Assembly: GCA_965153455.1 (NCBI GenBank)
Contig: OZ234493.1
Coordinates: forward strand, 18,962,213-19,026,212
Origin: Sphagnum compactum
Lineage: Eukaryota
Length of the DNA: 64,000 nucleotides
Direction: 5' to 3'
The notes beneath the pieces were generated by a model. That model saw only the letters and a program-made list of their open reading frames with translations, did no database searches and was not told the origin of the DNA. Shown here in pieces: positions 52,101 through 64,000 of the stretch (the first letter of the stretch is position 1; each line of letters begins with the position of its first letter). A program made the translations under genes and the position numbers.

Positions 52101-55100
52101 ATGAGAAATTCATATGCCCGCAAGCGAAAAGGAGTTGATCTTTCACAAAGGCCACCAAAAAGAAAGAGAGATGTTGTGCGGATCCCTGCTGTGATTGACA
52201 CACCTTCAGTGCCCGCTGAAAATCCTCCTTCAAGCTCTAGATGGCACAGCAGTGTGGTGCTTATTCTTAATCTTATGATGAGCTTTCTTTGCACAGTTTT
52301 TTCTTGGGCTTTCGCAAGTGACACGTTGAAGTTTGATTTTTCTTTTCTTTTTTTTAATTTTGTTTGGGTGATGACAATTTTTCCTTGACCCTTACAACCA
52401 TGATAGCTTATTGTCCTCACAAAGCATCAGGAGAAGGAGCTCTAGTTCAGATTTGAAATCCCAACCAATAGCTTCACAACCATACCTTTTAGCCACTAGG
52501 GTACTTGAATGTCCCCAATCATTTACAAGTTTCCTTTTTATACATTTTTTACTTTGCTTGCTTTCCAGTTTGTTTGCTTAGTTAAAAAATAAATGAAATG
52601 ATGTTTAAAACAATACGAAATGGAGTCATCATTATAGCCTCTTACATTCGGCCGGTGACTCATTTGCTATAACAAGTAGAATTGGTGAAAGGCAAATTTG
52701 TCAAAATTTGACATTGACTAAGAATATATTGAACTTGTAAAGATTGGAACTTTCATTATAAATTATTAGCTAAGTTCAATGTGTAGTCATAATCCAACAA
52801 CCTAAAGCAAATTATAAAAATGCTCTTGGACATTCTTATTGGGTTTGTGTCCCAATGCCTTAGCCATTGGAGGCCTTAGAGGCCCAAATGTTGGGGAAAA
52901 TGTGATGAAATACAAATCAACCCAAACTTGAAAGAATCCAATTCTTAGCATTAACCTTTATTGTTTCACATACATTCCACCTACTATGTAACAACATTTA
53001 CTCATTGAACTATATTTTGAAACTTTGAGGTCTATGACACATGTGAATGATCTTCATTTGTTAGTCATGCAAGATAGATTTGGTATTCTCCAATTCATCT
53101 ATTATTGTCATCTTGTTAAACTTAATCTTTTCAACTAATTATTGCCTTTATTTAACTACTATAATTTGTATATTGCATTTTTCTTATTTCATGTATAGTC
53201 GAATAATTTCCAAGAGACATTTAAAGAATTGTGTTGACTCGTTTTCATTTTCTTTGCAGGAATATCGAGTGCATGATTTAAATCCCACTTGCAATTCCAA
53301 TAATCCAAACTTGACCATCGTTTTTTTTCATGGGATTGCTTTTGGCACAAATGATGAATGGAAGGAAACATGGACAACACGCCCCACCAATAATAGAGAA
53401 GAGTGCATATGTTGGCCAAAAAAGTGGCTACCCGAAGACTTGAACAACAATGTTCGAATTTTATCATTGTCCTATGATTCTAACATTGTGGCAAGTGTTC
53501 ACAATGATGTGACTGAAATTGGCAAAAACCTCATTCAAAGTTTGGTTACAAATTCAAGGTGTGACAATCTCATCTATTTATGGACACTTAATTACTTCTC
53601 CTTGTGTGCATTAAAGATAATTGTTTACATTTTTAGAATTTCTTAAATGTTTCGCATGAGTTAATTGTTCATGTGTGCTAACATTGTGATACACACCAAC
53701 AAATTTCAATTTACTTGAATTGTTAAATTCATGTAGGATAACATAAAATGGGGCTTAAATGCAAATATTCTTGTTTGAAGATAATAACAAAGCCTATGTT
53801 CATATTATAAGTTCATGGTACAACTAGTTTGGTTTTTATGGCAATTTTTAGTTTGCACTTTTTGAAACTTTATCTTTGGTAATGCAATTGAATTGAATTG
53901 AATTGAATTAACACATGTGTTGAAAATTTGCATCCATTTCATTGCAAAAAATATATATTAAAAAAAGTATAAATATTTTATTTTATTTTTTAAATTTCAA
54001 GTATATTTCTAAGGTAACACATAGAAGATGAATTGTATATCAACACAAGAATGTAAACACCTACATACTTGTGCATAATATTTGTTTTATCAAAACATGG
54101 TTGTCACATTTTTTAAGTAGATTAATATCAATAAACGAAAAATGACATACGACAAGCAAATCAATTATGAACTTATGCCTTAGGTCATGTGTGAATTGGA
54201 AAATTGCCCCAAGTAAAATAGGATTAATTTGTACATGCTAATAGAATGTTGATAATGGAATTTTGGTGCATTGTTGAATATTTTGTAGTTATCAATCCCT
54301 TTGGGATGGACCGGTGACATTAGTTGCTTATAGTTTTGGAGGTCTTGTACTCAAAAGCTTGGTGGTTGAAGCTCACAAACGTGTATATCAAAGGTCAAAA
54401 AATGGTTTGGATGATGAAGTACACAAATGTTGTAAAACATTTTTGAACAATGTCAAAGGTGTAGTATTTTATGGTGTACCACATTTTGGTGGTACCAAAT
54501 ATTTATCAAAATATTTCGCTTGGCAATGTCAACAAATCAACATCAACAAATATGCAACCCAACTTGGTTTTTCAAAGAATTTAAAACCTTTCAACATACA
54601 AATGGAATACCTTTCAAAGGATTTTAAAAATGTCATTCATGAAGACCTCAACATATATGCATTTGGTGAAGGATTACCAATTGATGAGAATTGGGTAAGA
54701 TTTTCATTTCACCACATTGAAAGTTATTCAACCAGGTTCATTAATTGAACATTTTTTGTATTGTCAAAACTTGTGTGGGATCATGTACTCAATACTTGTG
54801 AATATATTAATGTGGTGAATGGGTCATGTGTTTTATGGATTTTGCTTCATGAATTACTATTAATGGAAATGAAATTTAATTGACTTCAAACATTAGGAAA
54901 TAGGTTTAAATTTTCCCTTCATCAAATCAATTCCATATAAATATTTGTAAAGAAAATCATAACATCATTAAAACATGTAAGATTCATGAGATTAAAAACC
55001 AATAACTTTGTGATGTATTTGTATAAGTTGCTTGCCAAAAGGTTGAAGGAAATTACTTGTACACAATATTTCATTATTATTCAAACATCAATAGTTATTA

Positions 55101-58100
55101 AGCTATAGTTTCCACCACCATTTGGCTTATAAGTTAAAGCATAAGTGACCAGACAAATCAATGAAATCCATAACCTTAATGTTTTGCACATGCAGGGAAT
55201 TTTAGTGCCATATGTCTCAGCTATTCGGTTGTCAAACAACAACCATTACAAAATGGAGGATGCTAATCACTTGACAATTTGCAAGCCACCAAACAAAGAT
55301 CATCCAAGCTATTTTTTATTATTAAATTGTTTGAGAATATGTATGAAGGTAAAAACCTCAAATCTAATTTTTTTTATTTCATATATGTTCATGTAATTTG
55401 ATACACATTAGGTCATAGCACACTTGATGTGTATCGCATATGTAATGTCATATATATTGGTTATCAAATTAAAAAAATAACATATAAATGACCTATATTT
55501 TGTGAATTTTGACAGAAAAATATATTGCTTCCACCTTTGCCATGCCATGAGGTGGCGTTGATTGATAAAGCAAAAGACATAAACATTTTGTTACAAAAGG
55601 AATCTATTGTTGGTTTGGTTGGAATGGGTGGGATTGGGAAGACCACTTTGTGCAAAAAATTCTATCATTTGTTCCACAACCAATATGACAAATCTAGTTT
55701 TTTGGAGGATGTGAATTCAAAGGACAATATCAATGATGTCATAAAACAACTCCTACATGATTTGTGTCACAAGAGGTTATCCAAAGATGAAAATGTGAAT
55801 AAAGAAGACCTTGACAAAATTAATCAATGTATGATATTGAAAAAAGTGTTAGTGGTGGTGGATAATGTTGGTAAGGCGGAAAACCTTACTTCTTTGCCAA
55901 TTTTCATTGATAAGGCTGCTAGGAATCTAGCTTTTAAAAGCAAAGTACTTGTGAATTGTCGAAATTGGCAAAGTTTGAAATCTCATGTAAGTGAGGATGG
56001 AAAAGTGGTTATGAAATCTTTGGAGGTAAATCAAGCAAGGGAACTATTTATGTTCCATGCATTGGGTAATGGAAATCATGTTCCAACAAAGGATTTCAAC
56101 GATATATGTATGAAGATTATAAAAGCTTGTGGGGGGCTCCCTTTAAGTCTTAAAGTATTGGGTTCTTTTTTGTGCAATACTAAAGAATTGGAAATTTGGG
56201 AAGGTGCATTGAACACATTGAAAAGTGGGCAAAGTTTCACGGGGGGCAATGATAATGAAGAGCTTTGGAGTAAATTGAGGATTTCTTATGACCATTTGGA
56301 TAAACAACATAAAAACATGTTTTTGGATATTGCTTGTTTTTTGGGTGGTTTGAAAATAAGTACAATTTATCGAGCGTGGAGTGGAGATTATTTACACCCA
56401 AAATTTGGATTACAAAATTTACAACATAGATCTTTAATCCAACAGATAGAAGGTGGAATCTTGTACATACATGACCAATTACGAGACATGGGTCAAAATA
56501 TTGCAATGGAATTACCAATTATGAATCGATTTGTATGGAAATCAAATCAATCAAATTATATTCTACAAAAGGATGAGGTTGTCATTCTACTATTTCAATC
56601 CTATAATTTTATTTCAATTTCCTATGATTTTTTAAATGTCCAAAACCAAATGTTTTAGCTTTGAATTTTGATTTGATAAATACATGTTTTTCTAGTAAAT
56701 TTTAACATTAGGATGAAATGTTCTTTTATATTGATAATCTTTTTGTTTTCATTTCCCGTGATAGGTGGTGGAACACTTAGAAGGCATTTCATTGATAAAA
56801 TGTGTCGATTTACTTATGTTGTCCCAAATCGACTCAAAGGGATTTCGCAACCTTAGGTTAGTTGACTTAACAGAAGCTTCACCAACTATTGTGGAACATT
56901 GCATCCAAAACCGAAATTTGAATAATGTTAAATGGTTATGCCTAAAAAAATGCATGATTCAAAAGTTGCTAAGTAATTTGTTTTATTGTTTACGATTACA
57001 AGTACTTGATTTGGCACAATGTCAAAGTTTGAAAGAAATACCTTCATCTATTGGCCAATTGAATGCACTCCAAGAGCTTAATTTGTCAAATTGTTCCAAC
57101 TTGAAAGAACTACCTTCATCTATTGGCCAATTGAATGCACTCCAAGAGCTTGATTTGTCAGGGTGTTCCAACTTGAAAGAACTACCTTCATCTATTGGCC
57201 AATTGAATGCACTCCAAAAGCTTAATTTGTCAAGTTGTTCTAATTTGAAAGAACTACCTTCATCTATTAGCCAATTGAATGCACTCCAAGGGCTTGATTT
57301 GTCAAAGTGTTCCAACTTGAAAGAACTACCTTCATCTATTGGCCAATTGAATGCACTGCAAACCCTTATTTTATTAGAATGTTTCAACTTAAAAGAACTA
57401 CCTTCATCTATTAGCCAATTGAATGCACTCCAAGGGCTTCATTTGTCATGGTGTTCTGAGTTGAAAGAACTACCTTCATCTATTGGCCAATTGAATGCAC
57501 TCCAAGAACTTTATTTGTCATGGTGTTCCAACTTGAAAGAACTACCTTTATCTATTGGCCAATTGAATGCACTCCAAAAGCTTGATTTGTCAATATGTTC
57601 CAACTTAAAAGAACTACCTTCATCTATTGGCCAATTGAATGCACTCCAAAAGCTTGATTTATCAATATGTTCCAACTTGAAAGAACTACCTTCATCTATT
57701 GGCCAATTGAATACACTCCAAAAGCTTGATTTGTCAGGGTGTTCCAACTTGAAAGGACTACCTTCATCTATTAACCAATTGAATGCACTCCAAAGGCTTG
57801 ATTTGTCAGGGTGTTCCAAGTTGAAAGAACTACCTTCATCTATTGGCCAAGTGAATGCACTCCAAGGGTTTGATTTGTCAGGATGTTCCAACTTGAAAGA
57901 ACTACCTTCATCTATTGACCAATTGAATGCACTCCAAGTGTTTCATTTGTCATGGTGTTCTGAGTTAAAAGAACTACCTTCATCTATTGGCCAATTGAAT
58001 GCACTCCAAGACCTTGTTTTGTGCGGGTGTTCCAAGTTGAAAGAACTACCTTCATCTATTGGCCAATTGAATGCACTCCAAGGGCTTGATTTGTCAAAGT

Positions 58101-61100
58101 GTTCCAACTTGAAAGAACTACCTTCATCTATTGGCCAATTGAATGCACTCCAAAAGCTTGTTTTATCAGAATGTTCCAACTTCAAAGAACTACCTTCATC
58201 TATTGGCCACTTGAATGCACTCCAAAAGCTTGTTTTATCAGAATGTTCCAACTTGAAAGAACTACCTTCATCTATTGGCCAATTGAATACACTCCAAGGG
58301 CTTGATTTGTCAGGGTGTTCGAACTTGAAAGAACTACCTTCATCTATTGGCCAATTGAATGCACTCCAAGAGCTTGATTTGTCAAGGTGTTCCAACTTGA
58401 AAGAACTACCTTCATTTATTGGCCAATTGAATGCACTCCAAAAGCTTTCTTTCTCATGGTGGTACAACTTGAAAGAACTACCTTCATTTATTGGCCAATT
58501 GAATGCACTCCAAGAGCTTCATTTGTCAAGGTATTCTAACTCGAAAGAACAACCCTCATCTATTGGCCAATTGAATGCACTGCAAAAGTTTAATTTGTCA
58601 GAGTCTTCCAACTTTAAAGAAATACTTTCATATATTGGCCAATGGAATGCACTCCAAGAGCTTGATTTATCAAGGTGTTCCCACTTGAAAGAACTACCTT
58701 CATCTATTGGCCAATTGAATGCACTCCAAGTGCTTGTTTTATCGGAATGTTTCAACTTGAAAGGACCACCTTCATCTATTGGCCAATTGAATGCACTCCA
58801 AACGCTTGTTTTATTAGAATGTTTCAACTTGAAAAAACTACCTTCATCTATTGGCCAATTGAATGCACTCCAAGGGCTTGATTTGTCAGCGTGTTCCAAC
58901 TTGAAAGAATTACTTTCATCTATTGGCCAATTGAATGCACTCCAAAAGCTTGATTTGTCATGGTGTTCTAAGTTAAAAGAACTACCTTCATCTATTGGCC
59001 AATTGAATGCACTCCAAGGGCTTGATTTGTCATGGTGTTCTGAGTTAAAAGAACTACCTTCATCTATTGACCAATTGAATGCACTCCAAAAGCTTGATTT
59101 GTCAAGTTGTTCTAATTTGAAAGAACTACCTTCATCTATTAGCCAATTGAATGCACTCCAAGGGCTTGATTTGTCAAAGTGTTCCAACTTGAAAGAACTA
59201 CCTTCATCTATTGGCCAATTGAATGCACTCCAAGGGCTTCATTTGTCAGAATGTTCCAACTTCAAAGAACTACCTTCATCTATTGGCCAATTGAATGCAC
59301 TCCAAAAGCTTGATTTGTCATGGTGTTCTAAGTTAAAAGAACTACCTTCATCTATTGGCCAATTGAATGCACTCCAAGGGCTTGATTTGTCATGGTGTTC
59401 TGAGTTAAAAGAACTACCTTCATCTATTGGCCAATTGAATGCACTCCAAAAGCTTGATTTGTCAGGTTGTTCTAATTTAGAAGAACTACCTTCATCTATT
59501 AGCCAATTGAATGCACTCCAAGGGCTTGATTTGTCAGAATGTTCCAAGTTGAAAGAACTACCTTCATCTATTGGCCAATTGAATGCACTCCAAGGGCTTG
59601 ATTTGTCAGGGTGTTCCAACTTGAAAGAACTACCTTCATCTATTGGCCAATTGAATGCACTCCAAGTGCTTCATTTGTCATGTTGTTCTGAATTGAAAGA
59701 ACTACCTTCATCTATTGGCCAATTGAATGCACTCCAAGAACTTTATTTGTCATGGTGTTCCAACTTGAAAGAACTACCTTCATTTATTGGCCAATTGAAT
59801 GCACTCCAAAAGCTTGATTTGTCATGGTGTTCTAAGTTGAAAGAACTACCTTCATCTATTGGTCAATTGAATGCACTCCAAGGGCTTCATTTGTCGTGGT
59901 GTTCTGAATTGAAAGAACTATCTTCATGTATTGGCCAATTGAATGCACTGCAAGTGTTTCATTTGTCATGGTGTTCTGAGTTGAAAGAACTACCTTCATC
60001 TATTAGCCAATTGAATGCACTCCAAGGGCTTGATTTGTCAAAGTGTTCCAACTTGAAAGAACTACCTTCATCTATTGGCCAATTGAATGCACTCCAAATG
60101 CTTGTTTTATTAGAATGTTTCAACTTAAAAGAACTACCTTCATCTATTGGCCAATTGAATGCACTCCAAACGCTTGTTTTATCAGAATGTTCCAACTTGA
60201 AAGAACTACCTTCATCTATTGGCCAATTGAATGCACTCCAAGGGCTTGATTTGTCAGGGTGTTCCAACTTGAAAGAACTACCTTCATCTATTGGCCAATT
60301 GAATGCACTCCAAACGCTTGTTTTATCAGAATGTTTCAACTTGAAAGAACTACCTTCATCTATTGGCCGATTGAATGCACTCCAAGGGCTTGATTTGTCA
60401 GGGTGTTCCAACTTGAAAGAACTACCTTCATCTATTGGCCAATTGAATGCACTCCAAACGCTTGTTTTGTCATGGTGTTCTAAGTTGAAAGAACTACCTT
60501 CATCTATTGGCCAATTGAATGCACTCCAAGAACTTTATTTGTCATGGTGTTCCAACTTGAAAGAACTACCTTCATCTGTTGACCAATTGAATGCACTTCA
60601 AGGGCTTCATTTGTCATGGTGTTCTGAGTTGAAAGAACTACCTTCATCTATTGGCCAATTGAATGCACTCCAAGGGCTTGATTTGTCAAAATGTTTCAAC
60701 TTGAAAGAACTACCTTCATCTATTGGCCAATTGAATGCACTCCAAGGGCTTGATTTGTCAGAATGTTCTAACTTGAAAGAACTACCTTCATCTATTGGTC
60801 AATTGAATGCACTCGAACAGCTTGATTTGTCAAAGTGTTCCAATTTGAAAGAATTACCTTCATCTATTGGCCAATTGAATGCACTCCAAGGGCTTGATTT
60901 GTCAAGGTGTTCCAACTTGAAGGAACTACCTTCCTCTATTGGCCTATTAAATGCACTCCAAAAGCTTAATTTGTGGGGTTGCTCCAACTTGAAAGAATTA
61001 CCTTCATCTATTAGCCAATTAAATGCACTCCAAGAGCTTCAATTGTCAGGGTGTTCCAACTTGAAAGAATTACCTTCATTTATTGGCCTATGCAACGCAC

Positions 61101-61135
61101 TCCAAAAGCTTGATTTGTCATGTGTTGCAACTTGA
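52101..61135 (+). CDS. HNL-type NLR immune receptor: alpha/beta-hydrolase + NB-ARC + 57 LRRs, about 2148 aa
   Basis: Exons 52101-52256 (least certain), 53260-53558, 54289-54694, 55196-55348, 55516-56577, 56765-61135 splice in frame. Hydrolase motifs: IVFFHG, WPKKWLPEDL, RILSLSYD, AYSFGG, FYGVPHFG, DANHLTICKP. NB-ARC motifs: GMGGIGKTT, VLVVVDNV, CGGLPLSL, FLDIACF, IHDQLRDMG. Confidence 0.9.
56996..61135 (+). repeat. Coding tandem array of 72-bp LRR units (57 complete plus 1 partial)
   Basis: Consensus LQxLxLSxCSxLKELPSSIGQLNA with an exact 72-nt period and no indels until unit 58. Confidence 0.97.
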
Positions 61136-61830
61136 AAGAACTACTTTCATTTGTTGGCCAATTGAATGCACTCCAAGAGCTTTACTTGAATGGGTGTTCC
61201 AAATTGAAAGAATTACCGTCATCTATTCGTCAATTGAATGCACTCCAAGAATTTGATTTATAAGGGTGTTGCAACTTGATAGTATTATCTTCATCTATTG
61301 GCCAATTGAATGCACTCCAAGAATTTGATTTATCACGGTGTTGCAACTTGACAGTATTATCTTCATCTATTGGCCAATTGAATGCACTCCGATAATTTGA
61401 TTTGTCAGGGTGTTGCAGCTTGAAAGAACTATTTTTATCTATTGAACAATTGAATGCACTCCAAATTTTTTTCTATAAAACTTCTACAATTTGAAAGCAT
61501 CATTAAAAAAATACATTCATCTATGGGCAAATTGAATGCACTCAAAGTGTTTCATTTGTCCAGGTGTTCCAATTTGAAATAACTAGTTTCACCTATTGGT
61601 CTTTGAGTGCACTTGAAAATTTTGATTTTGTGAATGCTTCAACTTGCAAGAATTATTTGCATGTACATTTGCCAATTAAATGCATTCTAAAAGTTTTAGT
61701 TGTGGGAGCTTAATTTGTATGAGCTTACAAGAATTACTTACATTTATTGGCCAATTTAATGCATTCAAGGAACTTAATTTGTTAAGGTGTTTCAATTTGA
61801 GATAATTATTTTCATCCATCGCCAATTGTA
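61136..61830 (+). pseudogene. Decayed LRR units beyond the stop codon
   Basis: About 9-10 further units (ttgaaagaacta...ttggccaattgaatgcactc) with stops and indels, diverging more with distance from the stop. Confidence 0.85.
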
Positions 61831-62375
61831 TCATTAATAAAAAACCCCTTCTTTTCAACCAAACTGCTTTCAAGTTGACATCATATTCGACTACATTTCA
61901 ATATTTTTTTTGAACATTTAAAAAAATTATTCACAATTTCCAAGTAAATTGAGCCACCTACTCTTTTGGTGGACAAATGAAAGCATATCCCAAATATTTT
62001 GCAGCTCATGTAATGTTCTTAGCACCCCCATGGTCTACAATTGAATTATAGCTAAAATGTTGACCTGGAAATTTACATAGTCTATAGTCAAGCCTCTCTT
62101 GGTGATGTGTCCCATGTTCAACTACTTTGGTCAATTGCAAAACATAGTGATGGATGATAGATCACATTAAGATGATGGACGGTACGGATATAATTAAACT
62201 TACAAAAACTTGTACAATTTTTTTTATCTGCATTTAATCTAATGTATGTAAATTTTAAAACAATCTATCCCATCATTTTTCGATCAATATCCTCAATCTA
62301 TATTACAAACTGTCATCCTTGTTAACTCTAATCCACATAGATTGTTTGATACATCAATTTTCAATTTTCATTTCT

Positions 62376-62720
62376 GATGAAGCAACATTTTGCTCCTAAG
62401 GTTTCAATTTTGATGCAACAACATTTTGCTCACCAATTGGCTAATATGATTCAACAACATTTTGCTCACCAATTGGCTAATATGATTCAACAACATTTTG
62501 CTCACCAATTGGCTAATTTGATGCAGCAACATTTTGCTCAACATTGCCTCATCTGATGCACCAACATTTTGCTCAACAATTGTCTGATCTGATGCAACAA
62601 CATTTTGCTTAGCAAATGCTTGATCTTATGCAGCAACATTTTGCTCAGCAATTGTTTGACCTGATACAACGACATTTTGCTCGGCATTTGTCTATTATAA
62701 TGAAGCAACATTTTGCTTAT
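62376..62720. repeat. ~36-bp minisatellite, about 10 copies
   Basis: Unit tgatgcaacaacattttgctcaccaattggctaata; the core caacattttgctc is almost invariant. Confidence 0.9.
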
Positions 62721-62859
62721 GAACTTCCAAATCACCACCACCTTTCTTCAATTTCCTTCCTCTAGCCATTACAACCTTCAACATAAAAAAACCACCATTT
62801 CATTATTAGTTGTCAATTTTAATCAAGTAAACCAAAAGGACCCAAGGAAAAAAAAAAAA

Positions 62860-63980
62860 AAACTGCCTGCTACCATCGCCTTTTTCACAACACCACCACC
62901 ATAGAGGAAGGCGACGACAATGTTGCCGTCACCTTCTTCCCAACAAAACCACCGAAAAACACGTAGATCGCCATTTTTTTGCAACAAAACCATCAAAAAA
63001 GGTGAGGGAAGTTGTCGTCTTCTTCTTCTTCGCTACAACGGAACCGTAGAAGAAAACGATGGCTCATTGATGTCGCCTTCTTTGCTGTAGCAAAACCAAA
63101 ATAAAAGAAAAAAAACCTTGCAATGTAACAAAAAAAATTGTTGTCACCACCTTCTTTGTTGCAGCAAAACCAAAACAGAAGGCGACGGGCTTTTGCATTG
63201 TAACAAGATAAAAAAAACGATGGCAGCTTTGCTGCCGTTGCCTTCTTCGTTACAACAAATGAATAAACAAGAAGGCGACGACAGCCTTTTTCACTGTAGG
63301 AAAATCACAAAGAGAAGGGCTTAAGGGAAGGAACTTACATTCAAGCTCCCACTCTAGGTCCCGCCTAGGTCCTGCTTCAGGCGCTCTAGAACTCTAACGA
63401 TCAGAATTCGTGGGCCCGCTTTAAGCGCGTTATCATGCCTCTGCTCTTGCTCCAACTGCTCCCGAGCTCTGGTGCCACTCCTGAATTCTTATGATGGAGT
63501 GAGTGCAAAATCATGCGAAGTAGGGTTTAAGGTTGAGGGGGGAGGTAGGTGGGAGGTAGGAAGGGGACATAAATAGAAGGGGGGAGGTAGGTGGGAGAGA
63601 GGTAGGTAGGAGGGAAAAATTTTGGGGTAGAGAAGAGGTCAAAAAAACCAATAACTTTCGGCAGGGGAGGATGTGTTTTTGGTTCATCCCTAAAACAGCT
63701 TCAACGGCATCATCCTCAACTAGTGCATTGGTGGTTGCTAGTTCATTCCAACCCTCTTGGGGTGTTACCCTACACATAAAATACTAGTAGAAATTTTCTT
63801 GTGTATCTAGAGGACGCATTATCTAACATAATTTCTTGTTGGCAAATAGGCATTTCAATTTATTTCCCCTTGATAGCTTCCTACCTCCTAGCCTACATAC
63901 TCACCTATGTAGGCTACCTATCCACCTACCTACCTACTTATCTAAGTGTAGACCCCTATCTTCACCTACCTACAATTTAG
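62860..63980. repeat. Probable TE-derived repeat with multiple short palindromes and opposed GGTA/TACC tracts
   Basis: gaaggcgacg...cgtcaccttc-type hairpins recur at 62900-63290; ggtaggtgggagg tract at 63535-63612 and cctacctacc tract at 63880-63972. Confidence 0.45.
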
Positions 63981-64000
63981 GATACCAACTCATGACCAAG

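Noticed and set aside
57022-60987. Repetitive antisense and alternative-frame ORFs (WSAFNWPIDEGSSF..., MFQLERTTF...)
   Set aside because: Shadows of the 72-bp LRR repeat.
56996-61135. CRISPR-like appearance (constant ~45-nt repeat with palindrome attggccaat plus ~27-nt variable part)
   Set aside because: It is an in-frame LRR coding array; the variable parts are homologous to each other, there are no cas genes, and the context is eukaryotic.

Overview
Eukaryotic land-plant genomic DNA. The AT-rich intergenic DNA, (GA)n tracts, intron style and gene set suggest a bryophyte such as Sphagnum; this is inferred, not proven. From left to right: (1) an internally deleted, GC-rich, intron-containing Helitron with both ends recognisable (about 2742-5950); (2) an unexplained ~104-bp array of inverted-repeat units upstream of a TIPIN/Swi3 gene; (3) a convergent DBP3/RH5 DEAD-box helicase gene with clustered telo-boxes; (4) a degenerate SCAPER-like gene; (5) an intronless Raf/TKL-like kinase with a deleted tandem copy; (6) a COP10/UBE2E-like E2 that keeps its catalytic Cys; (7) orphan symplekin and spliced, partly inverted NPK1/ANP fragments; (8) several Tourist-like MITEs; (9) a ~2150-aa alpha/beta-hydrolase-NB-ARC-LRR (HNL) immune receptor. 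Its single last exon holds 57 near-identical 72-bp LRR modules that vary mainly at four surface positions, and this array is the most striking feature. Exon boundaries were read by eye and no database searches were run.
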